Source of the DNA: an uncultured Chloroflexia bacterium
GTDB lineage: Bacteria > Chloroflexota > Anaerolineae > B4-G1 > SLSP01
Direction: 5' to 3'
DNA: 64,000 nucleotides
Assembly: GCA_963700595.1 (NCBI GenBank)
Contig: CAVOYE010000016.1
Span: forward strand, 2,732-66,731
Position numbers and translations under genes: made by a program. The first letter of the stretch is position 1, and every line of letters begins with the position of its first letter. The notes under the pieces are model-generated. The model was given only the letters and a program-made list of their open reading frames with translations. It was not told the origin of the DNA and searched no databases. This document shows positions 32,444 to 42,889 of the stretch, piece after piece.

Positions 32444-32815
32444 CAACCTGTGCGAGGTACGAGACCCTTCGACTGCGTCCCGCAAAGGCGGCGGGACTCC
32501 GCTCAGGGTGACGAGGAATCTCGATTTTTGTGCGTTTCTGCAAGACCAGGTGGTAGATCGGCGCATATATGCGCAGGCTGCGCTACTAATTAACAACATT
32601 TATAATGAGCATAATACAATATATAAACAAGTAAAAATGCAGACGTGTCAGTGTAAAATGCTCAGAGTTAATTCGCGTTTTAACGGCGGCCCCGCCGCCG
32701 TCGGTTACTCGGGATGACAGGTTTGTTAGGGTGGTGGTTTGGTTTGCGTACCATACTGTCGGAATAAATACTTACTTTCACAAGTCTCTATTACATACAC
32801 GATACCTGGTTTCAG

Positions 32816-32955
32816 ATGGCTGTATGCAATACCGGCGGCGCGTTCGGCGAACGCGCCCTACCGAGGTTAACCTGCGCGAAGATAGCGACTTAGCGGTATG
32901 GAAAGCCGGTCACTACTACAAACAGGATATTCGAGAGAACGGTCAAGAGTTGGCA
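32816..32955. repeat. hairpin-containing non-coding repeat, copy B
   Basis: Collinear with copy A from 32833. Shares a further 17 nt upstream (atggctgtatgcaatac) with partial copy C. Confidence 0.85.
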
Positions 32956-32999
32956 GTATCAGGAAGTGTGCCAGATATAAACAGCTTCTCTATTCGTTC

Positions 33000-33043
33000 A
33001 TGGCTGTATGCAATACCGGCGGCGCGTTCGGCGAACGCGCCCT
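33000..33043. repeat. hairpin-containing non-coding repeat, partial copy C
   Basis: atggctgtatgcaataccggcggcgcgttcggcgaacgcgccct is identical to the first 44 nt of copy B and then diverges. Confidence 0.85.
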
Positions 33044-33072
33044 CCCAGAGAGCGGGGAAGGTACGGTGAAGT

Positions 33073-33108
33073 TATAAAAACGGGGCAAGGTGTGGACCTT
33101 GCCCCGTT
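33073..33108 (-). terminator. rho-independent terminator of the E1/E2 operon
   Basis: 12-bp GC-rich stem (33079-33090 / 33097-33108) with a 6-nt loop. On the minus strand it is followed by a tttttat tract, 56 nt after the E2 stop. Confidence 0.75.
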
Positions 33109-33163
33109 GAAATCCTCAGAAAATCTGTTTATATAAAAAGCACCGGTGCTGATAGCATCAACT

Positions 33164-34544
33164 TTACGCCAGCAGCAGGTAGGGTTCCTCGATCAGTTTC
33201 TTGATGTACTGCAGGAAACGCGCACCAGGCGCGCCATCGACCAGGCGGTGATCGACCGTCAGGCTTAACCACATCATCTTGCGAATGGCGATTTCACCCT
33301 TATAGACGGCGGGAACAGGTTTGATCCTGCCGACACCCAGAATCGCGGTCTCGGGGAAGTTGATGATCGGTGTAAAGGCATCGATGTCCATCATGCCCAT
33401 GTTGGAAATGGTGAAGGTGCCGTTGGTCAACTCGTCGGGGAGCGACTTTCCGGCGCGACCCCGCGCGACCAGATCACGCATCTCGCGGGAGATATCGAGC
33501 AGTCCCTTCTGATCCACATTCTGGATATTGGGGACCATCAATCCGCGATCCGTATCGATCGCCAAACCGATATTGATCTCGGCAAGTTCGACAATGGTGG
33601 AGCCCACCAACCGCGCATTGACGTACGGGAACGCGCGCAAGGCTTTGGCGACCACTTTGAAGAGCAGGTCATTGTAGCCCAGGTTAAAGCCCAGTTCATC
33701 GGCAAGGCTGGCTTTGAGCTGCTCGCGGAGGGCGACAAAGTCCGTCGCATCGACCTCCATGGTCGAGTGTGACCGGTGCGGTTTCCATATGGCTCTGGTG
33801 CATCCGCTGGGCGATGATACCCCGAATGCCGCTGAGCGGCGTTTCTTTCAAGGCGGGCTGCGCTGGGGCAGGCGCCGCAACCACAGGTTGGGCTGCTGCC
33901 ACAGGCAGCAGGTGCAGCTTCTGGAACGGCAACCGATGCCTGGACATCGCCTTTCGTGATCCGTCCCTGCGGACCGGTGCCGGCAACTGTCCGCAAATCC
34001 ACACCTAACTGCTCCGCGACACGCTGGGCAACCGGCGTCGCTTTGGGCGCTGACGCCATATAAGCCACGACATCTTTCTCAACGATGCGTCCCTCGGGAC
34101 CGCTGCCTGCCACCATGGACAGGGTAACGCCCTTATCCGCTGCCAGTTTCCGGGCGCGGGGAGAGACAAAAATACGACCGCCTGAGGCTGCCTGTGCATC
34201 CGAAACGGGCTGCTCCGCAGCAGCTGCCGGAGCGTCTGCTGCGTTACGGCTTCCGCAGCAGTCACGGGGGCTGCGCCAGAGGACACCTCGTCCAGCGGTT
34301 CGTCGGCGGTCCTGGTGATGTACGCCACAACAGTCAAAACATTGAGCAGTTCCCCTGCTTCAAAGAGGATTTTTCGCAGGAAACCTTTCCGGGTCGCTTC
34401 GACATCGAGGACGGCTTTATCGGTTTCAACGGTAAATAATACGTCACCGCGTTCAACCTGGTCACCTTCGGCTTTTAACCATTCGACGATACGTCCTTCT
34501 TCTACGGTTTGCCCTAATTTGGGCAGTATCACTTCATAAGCCAT
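33164..34544 (-). pseudogene. 2-oxoacid dehydrogenase E2 (dihydrolipoamide acyltransferase); three apparent frame breaks (about 34250, 33910, 33765)
   Basis: The lipoyl domain (TVETDKAV), two peripheral-subunit-binding domains (IFVSPRARKLAADKGV..; ATPVAQRVAEQLGV..) and the catalytic domain (..SLTVDHRLVDGA) lie in four different frames but in the correct order. Confidence 0.8.
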
Positions 34545-34554
34545 GCCATCCTCC

Positions 34555-36613
34555 TTATATAATCGCGCGAATCGCGTCGCAAATGCGTTCTACATTGGGA
34601 ATATCAGCGTCTTCCAGGGATTCACTCATGGGTATCGGCACATCGTGCGCAGCCACACGCACGACAGGCGCATCCAGCCAGTCAAACAGTTCTTCCTGTA
34701 TTATAGCAGCGACTTCACTGATAAAGGAGCCCGTGCGATAGGCTTCGGTCACGCCAATGACCCTGTCCGGTCTTTTTCACCGATGTGGAGATCGTCTCCA
34801 TATCCAGGGGTTTCAAGGTGCGAAGGTCAATAACTTCCACACTGATACCCTCTTTTGCCAGTATCTCCGCCGCTTCCAATGCCCGGAGGACCATGCGCGA
34901 ATAGGTGATAACCGTGACATCCGTCCCCTCACGTTTCACATCGGCAACACCGTAAGGAATCACATAGTCTTCATCCGGAACGTTGCCGGAATTGCCGTAA
35001 AGCATTTTGTGCTCAATAAACATCACTGGATTATCATCGCGGATCGCAGCCTTTAACAAGCCTTTGGCATCAAAGGGCGTGCTGGGCATCACGACATAAA
35101 TTCCGGGGAAGTGGGTCCACAGGGCTTCCAAACTCTGGGAGTGATGGGCGGCGATAGAGCGCCCCGCCCCACCCTCGGTGCGGACGACCATCGGGACTTT
35201 TGTTTTCCCACCGAACATATAGCGGTTTTTCGCACCCTGGTTGGCGATTTGGTCCATCGCCAGCGGTGTGAAGTCGACGTACATAATTTCGGAAATGGGG
35301 CGCAGTCCAGCCATTGCCGCGCCGACTGCAGCACCGCCGATGGTCGCCTCAGAGATGGGGGTATCACGCACACGCTCTCCGCCAAATTCATCGAAGAGCC
35401 CGCGGGTAGCCCCGTAGGCGCCGCCATACAAACCAACATCCTCACCCATGATGAAGACCTTGTCATCGCGCAGCATCTCTTCGCGCATCGCTTCCTGCAA
35501 AGCCTGGCGGTAAAGGATTTTACGTGTTCCGGGTCCGCCCTGCTTGCACAATTCGCGCAGTTCCCTTTCCTTCTGGTAATCGGCTTCAGTCCACATGAAC
35601 GGCGTGTAGACATAGAGTTCCAAATCCGCAGGATCCGGCATAGGAGAATTCAAAGCGAAATCGGTCGCTGCCTCAATGGAGGTCTCGACCTGCTGTTCAA
35701 GCGCATCAATCTCTTCTTCAGTCGCCATACCTTTGGCAACCAGAAGCGCTGCGAAATTCGGAATCGGGTCGCGCCCTTTCCATTCCGCTTCCTCTTCCTT
35801 GGTGCGGTAAGCGCGCGGGTCTGAACGTGAGTGCCCGTACCAGCGATATGTTTTCGCTTCAATAAGGTAGGGACCATTCCCGGCACGGGCGTGATCAATA
35901 GCGTCAACCACCGCATCACGCACATCCAAAACATCCATCCCATCCACGATTGTATTGGGGATGCCGTAGGCATCACCGCGGGTCGCGATATCGCACGTGG
36001 CGCATGCCTTTTCAATGGGGACAGACATACCGTATTTATTATTTTCGACAATGAAAACGACCGGTAACTGCCATAAGGCAGACAGGTTCAGGGCTTCATG
36101 GAAATTGCCGGTTTGCGCGGCGCCGTCACCGAAGAAGCACAAGACAACACGCCCGGTGCCTTTCATCTGTTCCGCCAGAGCGGCTCCGGCAGCCACCGGC
36201 AAATTACCGCCGACGATACCCGTCGCCCCAAGGTTCCCATTTTCAACATCCGCAATATGCATCGAACCACCGCGACCACCACAATAGCCTGTGGCGCGCC
36301 CGCACAGTTCCGCCAACATCTTGTTATAGTGGGTCTGATGGGCTTCTTCAGTTTTTGCCAACACCGCACCACGCGCGTAACAGTGCCCATGACCACGGTG
36401 CGTGCTGGTAATCAGGTCATCTTCACGCAGCGCCGACATCGCGCCAACCGCGACAGCCTCTTCACCGGCGTACAGGTGAGAAGCACCCTTGATGACATTG
36501 CGCCCCAGCAAATCATAAACCTGGTCCTCAAACATTCTGATTTCCCACATATGGCGCAACATTTTCAGGCTGTTTTCCTTGCCCAACTCTTGAAGCATTT
36601 TATCCTGGTCCAT
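34555..36613 (-). pseudogene. 2-oxoacid dehydrogenase E1, fused alpha-beta subunits; apparent frame break near 34762-34770
   Basis: Alpha part with the TPP motif GDGAAQTGNFHEALN..ENNKYG. The beta part (FIMGEDVGLYGGAYG..) follows in the same ORF. The last approx 65 aa (VIGVTEAYRTGSF..) are in another frame. Confidence 0.8.
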
Positions 36614-36729
36614 TACTTCTCCTTTTGCTTAGAATAGCGATTCGATATACCAACCCATGCAAAACCAGTTAGATTCTATACTTTTACAGAATAACAAAAA
36701 CTGAACCCTTCAGCATTGAAATCCGCGTC

Positions 36730-37491
36730 TTAAACCAGACTGACTTGAATGCCCAACGCTTGAACGGCTTCTACCATATCAGGGGGCGCACCCACATCCG
36801 TGATAATGACATTCACATCGCTTAACGCGGCGTACGATGCCACACCTTCACGTCCCCATTTCGTGCCATCCAGGACAACAACGACCTGACGGCACATCGC
36901 CACCAGAGGGCGTTTAACCGCAGCTTCGGTAGCGGTAACATCGGTGAGTCCTACCGACAGCGACAATCCATAAGCCCCGAAAAAGCCCCAGGCAATATTA
37001 TACCGCTTAAGCAGCGTCAAGCCCAACGGATCCGATAGTGAGACCGTATCAGGATGCAGTGTACCACCGGGCATCACAACGGCAATATTGGGCGCGTTCA
37101 GCATCTCTTGCGCGATAACCAGGCTGTTGGTCACGACGGTTAAATCACGAAGCTGCTTGATAAAAGGGGTAATGGTCAGGGCGGTGCTGCTGCTATCGAG
37201 AAAGATGGCTTCACCTTCGGAAATCAGGTGGCTGGCGACTTCGCCAATGCGCTGCTTTTCGACTTGCTGCTGCTGGCGCCGCCGGTTCAACGAGAGTTCG
37301 TAGATGCTGTTAACGGGAGGTATCGCGCCGCCGTAGGTCCGGACAACCAACGCGCTATCGGCTAACGCCTGCAGATCCGCACGGATGGTGACATCAGAAA
37401 CGTTGAAGCGCTCACTCAACTCGGTGACAGAAGCGCGTCCCTGTTCGACGACGAATTTCAAAATCTCTTGACGGCGTTCTTCCAGAAACAA
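36730..37491 (-). CDS. DeoR-family transcriptional regulator
   Basis: N-terminal HTH (ERRQEILKFVVEQGRASVTELSERFNVSDVTIRADL) and a C-terminal DeoR sugar-phosphate sensor domain. TTG start. Confidence 0.85.
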   Translation of the reverse strand: MFLEERRQEILKFVVEQGRASVTELSERFNVSDVTIRADLQALADSALVVRTYGGAIPPVNSIYELSLNRRRQQQQVEKQRIGEVASHLISEGEAIFLDSSSTALTITPFIKQLRDLTVVTNSLVIAQEMLNAPNIAVVMPGGTLHPDTVSLSDPLGLTLLKRYNIAWGFFGAYGLSLSVGLTDVTATEAAVKRPLVAMCRQVVVVLDGTKWGREGVASYAALSDVNVIITDVGAPPDMVEAVQALGIQVSLV

Positions 37492-37588
37492 GTTATTTCC
37501 ATTTACTTTCGATTTCTTTCATTGTATAATAAATCATAAGCGATGTCAAGCAGTTTTCGACGATATATGACCAAATGAGTCGGGTTCA

Positions 37589-37660
37589 GTTTGGTGAAAT
37601 ATGCAGGTGATCACCCATAAACATTACAATAGAAACGGGAAGATAGGTGGCGGGGCGGGA
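37589..37660 (+). repeat. truncated copy Z of the structured repeat (5' module only)
   Basis: gtttggtgaaatatgcaggtgatcacccataaacattacaatagaaacgggaagataggtggcggggcggga aligns with the 5' module of copy X. No hairpin partner follows. Confidence 0.6.
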
Positions 37661-37722
37661 TCTTTTATTTTATTGCAGCTTGATGTAAAATCACAGGACA
37701 CTCGACAGAATGGAGAGAAACT

Positions 37723-38508
37723 ATGCAAATAGAGCTTGAACAACTTGTTAGCATGTCCACCACACTGGGTAATCCTGCTCATGACTATGTTATCCTGGGT
37801 GAAGGGAATACGTCGACACTGATGGGTGACGGCACATTCTGGGTCAAAGCCAGCGGATTCCAACTCCCCACCATACGGCGGCAAGGATTCGTGCGCGTGT
37901 CCATGGCAAAAGCGCTGGCAATCCTGGATGAAACAAACCTCAGCGATGGTGAAATAAAAACCCGTTTACTGGAAGCCAAAGTTGCTCCATTAACCGGCAA
38001 GGAACCCGCGCCAGATGATGGGATACGCCCGTCCACAGAGACCGTCTTCCACGCGATATGCCTGAACCTGGAAGGTGTGAATTTCGTGGGACACACGCAC
38101 CCAACCGCGATCAATGCATTGACCTGCTCAAACTATTTCGAGGAGGCGGTGGCGGGACGGTTGTTTCCCGATGAGATTGTGATGTGCGGCGCAGCCCCTG
38201 TCACCGTACCCTATATTGATCCGGGCATTCCCTTAGCCCGGGAAATCCGCGCGCGCATCGTGGCTTATATCCAACAATATAACGACGTTCCCAAGGTCAT
38301 CCTGATGCAAAACCACGGACTGGTTGTCCTGGGAAGCAGTGCAGAGCAGGTGCTCAACACCACCGCGATGATGGTAAAAACAGCACGGGTCATTCTGGGC
38401 ACATACGCGCTGGGCGGACCGCACTTCCTGACGGATGAAAACGTCGCGCGCATCCATTCACGCCCGGATGAAGCTTACCGCCGCAAACTTCTCGGTGGGA
38501 TGGGTTAA
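37723..38508 (+). CDS. class II aldolase/adducin-family protein
   Basis: 261 aa with GEGNTS and the metal-ligand segment FVGHTHPTAINAL. Confidence 0.75.
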   Translation: MQIELEQLVSMSTTLGNPAHDYVILGEGNTSTLMGDGTFWVKASGFQLPTIRRQGFVRVSMAKALAILDETNLSDGEIKTRLLEAKVAPLTGKEPAPDDGIRPSTETVFHAICLNLEGVNFVGHTHPTAINALTCSNYFEEAVAGRLFPDEIVMCGAAPVTVPYIDPGIPLAREIRARIVAYIQQYNDVPKVILMQNHGLVVLGSSAEQVLNTTAMMVKTARVILGTYALGGPHFLTDENVARIHSRPDEAYRRKLLGGMG

Positions 38509-38579
38509 TCTCTCTCACCACATTTAGCACTTTCTACAACAGCACATTCGCTGACATCTTCAGCCACAAAGGGAATAAA

Positions 38580-39323
38580 ATGAAAATAAGAAAAAAATAC
38601 AAAAAACAGGTCAAGCAATTTGTCCAGGTGTGCCACCGCCTGGCGAAAAACATGTACGTGACCGGATACGGAGGTAACCTGGCATGGCGCGTTGATGACG
38701 ATGTAGTCCTGATCACACCCACCCAGATGAACAAAGGGGATATCAAACGCCGGGATGTCGTTTTCATCAACCTGAAAGGCGTTGTCGTGGACGGAACCCA
38801 CCGCCCAACGGGTGAAATGCCCATGTATCTCAAATTCTTTAATGAGCGCCCGGACATTGTCTCAGTCGTCCACTGCCACCCACCCCACGTGTGCGCCATG
38901 GCGATCAGCAGCGCCAAGAACTGGTTGATGCGCCCACTGTACCCGGAATCGACGACCGAACTTGGACCGGTACCGGTGGTCCCCTACGCGCAACCCCTTA
39001 CCGAGAAACTGGCCGATAAATTCACGCCTTTTATGCAAAAATACAACAGCTTCATCATGGAAAACCACGGTTTGGTCACGATGAGCCGCGGTGATATTTT
39101 ATGGACGGTCCTGAACACCGAAGTGCTGGAAGCAACCGCGCAATCCATCACCCTCGCCCTTATGACCGGGGGAATCAAGGAACTGACAAAACAGGATGTC
39201 GTGGACCTGGGACAGGTAATGAAACAACGCGACCTGCCCCTTTTTGGCGCACCGGGTGTAAACACATCCCTGGAAGATTTATTCTTCGATGACGCCAATG
39301 CTGCATCAGAATCACAAGTTTAG
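38580..39323 (+). CDS. class II aldolase/adducin-family protein (fuculose-1-phosphate aldolase-like)
   Basis: 247 aa with GGNLAWR and VVHCHPPHVCAMA motifs. Confidence 0.75.
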   Translation: MKIRKKYKKQVKQFVQVCHRLAKNMYVTGYGGNLAWRVDDDVVLITPTQMNKGDIKRRDVVFINLKGVVVDGTHRPTGEMPMYLKFFNERPDIVSVVHCHPPHVCAMAISSAKNWLMRPLYPESTTELGPVPVVPYAQPLTEKLADKFTPFMQKYNSFIMENHGLVTMSRGDILWTVLNTEVLEATAQSITLALMTGGIKELTKQDVVDLGQVMKQRDLPLFGAPGVNTSLEDLFFDDANAASESQV

Positions 39324-39333
39324 CGAGGTTAAA

Positions 39334-40402
39334 ATGACAGAGCAAAAATCGATGCGCGTCTCCAAACTTTATGGCATCCGGGATCTACGCCTGGAAACAG
39401 GCGCTGTGCCCACCCCGGGACCGGGTGAAGTGCTGTTGAAAATTGCATCCGTGGGAACCTGCGGTTCGGATGTGCATTATTATCTCGAAGGCGGGATTGG
39501 CGACGCGATCGTCAAAGACCCCATCACCATGGGCCATGAATTCTCAGCCTGGATTGCCGAAACAGGTAAAGGGGTTGAGGATCTGGAAATTGGGCAACTT
39601 GTCGCTGTGGAGCCAGCTATCCCATGCGGCACATGCGAGTCCTGCCTCCATGGACACCCCAACCTGTGTCCCACCGTGCGCTTCTGCGGCACCCCACCGA
39701 TTGATGGCGTCTTCGCAGAATATGCGGTTATGCCTGCAGAAAACTGCTTCGTCCTGCCTGACGGTTTCTCGCCAGAAGACGGAGCGCTCCTGGAACCCCT
39801 GGGGATCGCCATTCATACGGTTGACCTGGCACATCTCAAGGTGGGACAGACGGTGGCTATCCTCGGTGCGGGACCCATAGGGTTGATGACTGCTGCGGTG
39901 GCAAAAGCCGCCGGCGCAGGGCAGATCATCATGTCGGAACCGATCAAGAGCAGGCGTGATTTTGCCTTGAGCTACTGTGCGGATATGGTCCTTAATCCGG
40001 AAGAAGATAGACATCGTATCCGCCATTATGGATGCCACCAACGGGCGGGGGGTCGATGTGGCGTTTGAAGCTGCCGGAGCAGAAGATACACCCGATCAGG
40101 CAGCGTATGTGACCCGCCCCGGCGGCAAAGTTGTGGTCGTCGGGATTCCATCGGAAGATCACATGCTGATGACCGCCTCTGTTATCCGGCGCAAGGGCCT
40201 GACCATCAAACTGGTACGGCGTATGAAACACACGTACCCACGGGCGATACGGATGGTCCAGACAGGTTTGGTGGATATCAAACCGTTAGCAACGCATCGA
40301 TTTCCACTGGAAAATATCAGAGACGCTTTTGAGATGGTCGCGGAGCACAGCGACGGCGTTTTAAGAGCGATGATCAACATCGGAGCAGAAGGCATACAAT
40401 GA
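39334..40402 (+). pseudogene. zinc-dependent polyol/sorbitol dehydrogenase (MDR family); apparent frame break near 40008-40011
   Basis: GTCGSDVHYY, GHEFSA and the structural-zinc motif CGTCESCLHGHPNLC. The first frame stops at 40068. The C-terminal third (DIVSAIMDATNGRGVDVAFEAAG..) lies in the frame that ends at 40402. Confidence 0.8.
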
Positions 40403-41556
40403 ACAACAGAGAACGTGTACGCGCGATTTTACATTATGAGGATTACGACCGGATGCCCATCGTCCACTTTGGGTATTGGCGGGAAACACTGGACAAATGG
40501 GCACTCGAAGGGCACATCACTCAAGCGCAAGCCGCAGCCTGGGGAGATGGGAACCCCACAGATGCGGATATCGCCAGGAAACTGGGCTTTGATCTTAACT
40601 GGAGCACGTGCTACAGCCCAGACACACGCCTGCGACCAGCTTTTAAGCGCGAACTCATAGAAACTTTCCCGGACGGGTCCAGGCACGTGATGAATGAAGA
40701 AGGGACCATTATCCTCGAAAAAGACAATGCGATATCGATTCCAAAGGAGATCAAGCACCTTCTGACCAACCGCCAGTCCTGGGAAGACCTTTACCTGCCC
40801 AAACTCAGTTTCGACAGCGAACGCATCACCCGCGCCGCTGTGAATGTCAACGGGAAAATGGTGCGCTTTGATCAAGGCGGCGCTGATTATTTGATCAAAG
40901 GGGAATGGGATAATCCATACGGGATCCATATCGGTAGCTTGTTTGGGGTTATCAGAAACTGGCTCGGAATCGTAGGGCTGTCCTACCTGATGGTCGACGA
41001 CCCCGACCTGCTCATCGAGATCATCGACACCGTTGGCGACCTATGCTACCAATGCACAAAGACCACCCTGGAAATGGTGGGCGCGCATTTTGACTTCGCC
41101 CATTTCTGGGAAGACATTTCATTCAAGAGCGGACCCCTGATCAGCCCCCATTACTTCAGTCAGCATGTCGGACCGCACTACAAGCGTATCACCGAACTGG
41201 TGAACAGCTACGGGATTGATATCGTATCGCTCGACAGTGACGGCAAAATCGACAAGTTAATCCCAACCTGGTTTGGCAACGGCGTGAACACCATGTTCCC
41301 CATTGAAGTCGGCACATGGGGATCAAGCATCGGACCCTGGCGGGAGCAGTACGGCACAGGGCTGCGGGGCGTGGGCGGTATGAACAAAGTCATTTTCAGC
41401 AGGGACACCAAAGCGATCGACGCCGAGATTGAACGCATCAAAGCCCTGGTTGATCTGGGGGGATATATTCCCTGCCCCGATCACAGAATAGCACCGGATG
41501 GGAAATGGGAGAACGTGCAATATTATTGCGAGAAGATGCACCAGGTTTTTGGGTGA
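40399..41556 (+). CDS. uroporphyrinogen-decarboxylase (URO-D)-like family protein
   Basis: 385 aa. N-terminal RERVRAILHYEDYDRMPI and C-terminal GGYIPCPDH segments resemble the URO-D/MtaA-like superfamily. Its start overlaps the stop of the previous gene. Confidence 0.55.
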   Translation: MNNRERVRAILHYEDYDRMPIVHFGYWRETLDKWALEGHITQAQAAAWGDGNPTDADIARKLGFDLNWSTCYSPDTRLRPAFKRELIETFPDGSRHVMNEEGTIILEKDNAISIPKEIKHLLTNRQSWEDLYLPKLSFDSERITRAAVNVNGKMVRFDQGGADYLIKGEWDNPYGIHIGSLFGVIRNWLGIVGLSYLMVDDPDLLIEIIDTVGDLCYQCTKTTLEMVGAHFDFAHFWEDISFKSGPLISPHYFSQHVGPHYKRITELVNSYGIDIVSLDSDGKIDKLIPTWFGNGVNTMFPIEVGTWGSSIGPWREQYGTGLRGVGGMNKVIFSRDTKAIDAEIERIKALVDLGGYIPCPDHRIAPDGKWENVQYYCEKMHQVFG

Positions 41557-41561
41557 GATCG

Positions 41562-42644
41562 ATGATGAATACGGATGTTATGCGGCAGCTTGTGGCTGAA
41601 GCAGAATCAGGTGATAAAGCGATGCCCACCGCCCGGGCTGCTGCCAGGCTGTGGAGTTATGATGATAGCACGCTTGAAGACTTCCGCTACAGCGCAAACG
41701 CGATATACACATTCCGCCAGCATGGCATCCGGCGTTTTATGCGGCTTACATGGGAAGGTGACAAAGCTGTTGAGCACATTGCGGCCGAACTGGATTACCT
41801 TGCATACCTGGCTGAACGCCAATTTCCGGTCGTGCAGCCTGTACTGTCAAACCAGGGACGGCGGATTGAGACGATATCCAGTCCCTATGCAAACTTTTAC
41901 GCTGTGACCTTTACCGCTGCCGGGGGTGCATACAAGCAGGTTGAAACGCTAACCGTCGATGAAATCGAGACATGGGGGGCGATGCTGGGACGATTGCACG
42001 TCTTGTCAGAAGGTTTCCACCCTCGTGCAGAACATCAGCGTCCAGCCTGGACCGATGTTATGGCGCAATACGAAGATTGGGTTCCTGAGAGCGAAACGGT
42101 TGTCAGCCAATATCTGAACGAGGCGCGTGCATGGCTGGCAACGCTGCCCAATGAACAAACCAGCTACGGATTAATCCATTGGGATTTTGAGCCCGATAAT
42201 CTGACATGGAGCCCCACGGGGAACGAAGTTTTTGACTTTGATGACGCAGCCTATTTCTGGTATGCGGCGGACATTGCCTTCGCGCTGGACGATGTCCTGG
42301 ATCAATCCGCTGACTCGGCGCGCGCAATTATTCAGAATTTTTTAAAAGGCTACCGGCGCCAGCGCGAACTGGCGTCTGTGTGGGTTGATTCACTGCCCTT
42401 CTTCGTCAGACTGATGCGCGTCATGAAAACCGCCCGTGTTTTTCATGCTTTTGCCGGCACGCATGCCGAACTGGACCCGCCCTGGTTAGCCACATTACGG
42501 GAAAGGCTTATGCATACCTGTAAGGCGCAACAGCAAGACTACAGGCAGCCTTTTCTGGCTCCCCTTTCGGCAGCTGAACATGAGATATGGGGAACCCTTG
42601 TTCACGTAAACACGTTATTTCAGAAAACCAGTATCTCGTTTTAG
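41562..42644 (+). CDS. phosphotransferase (APH/choline-kinase fold) family protein
   Basis: Catalytic loop LIHWDFEPDNL followed by FDFDDA (Brenner/DxD-type motifs of small-molecule kinases). ATG at 41562, just after the upstream stop. Confidence 0.65.
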   Translation: MMNTDVMRQLVAEAESGDKAMPTARAAARLWSYDDSTLEDFRYSANAIYTFRQHGIRRFMRLTWEGDKAVEHIAAELDYLAYLAERQFPVVQPVLSNQGRRIETISSPYANFYAVTFTAAGGAYKQVETLTVDEIETWGAMLGRLHVLSEGFHPRAEHQRPAWTDVMAQYEDWVPESETVVSQYLNEARAWLATLPNEQTSYGLIHWDFEPDNLTWSPTGNEVFDFDDAAYFWYAADIAFALDDVLDQSADSARAIIQNFLKGYRRQRELASVWVDSLPFFVRLMRVMKTARVFHAFAGTHAELDPPWLATLRERLMHTCKAQQQDYRQPFLAPLSAAEHEIWGTLVHVNTLFQKTSISF

Positions 42645-42731
42645 AACTACTGGAAGTCGGTCTTAAAAATAGCGCTTTGTTAAAGTGATTCTTGAAAAAA
42701 CCAGGCAGCAGGCTAGCGTATATTGTGGGAT

Positions 42732-42759
42732 GGATTCCCGCGTGCGCGGGAATGACAAA
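42732..42759. repeat. 28-nt palindromic-core repeat, copy 1
   Basis: ggattcccgcgtgcgcgggaatgacaaa. The core ttcccgcg-tg-cgcgggaa is self-complementary. Confidence 0.9.
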
Positions 42760-42861
42760 TCTAGTTTAGCGATAAGAGTCCTGATGAATTGTGTTGAATG
42801 TTTTGCCAATATTCAGTTTATCAGAACAATAGAGTCGGCACGCATAAAAATGTATAAAGAG

Positions 42862-42889
42862 GGATTCCCGCGTGCGCGGGAATGACAAA
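42862..42889. repeat. 28-nt palindromic-core repeat, copy 2
   Basis: Identical 28-mer, 102 nt downstream of copy 1. Confidence 0.9.

Noticed and set aside
32319-32955. Repeat copies A and B could be a template/variable repeat pair of a diversity-generating retroelement.
   Set aside because: No reverse transcriptase is nearby. The copies are not inside a credible target gene. The mismatches involve all four bases and are not adenine-specific.
4112-40011. The frame breaks could be programmed ribosomal frameshifts.
   Set aside because: There are too many, in unrelated gene families that are not known to use recoding. I see no shared slippery heptamer or downstream structure at the sites.
42685-42885. 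66-aa ORF containing GMDSRVRGNDK.
   Set aside because: It is generated by reading through the two palindromic repeats. It has no RBS and no coding signature between the repeats.
42732-42889. The 28-nt palindromic perfect repeats could be a minimal CRISPR array.
   Set aside because: There are only two repeats, the intervening sequence is 102 nt (far longer than a spacer), and the window has no cas genes or leader.
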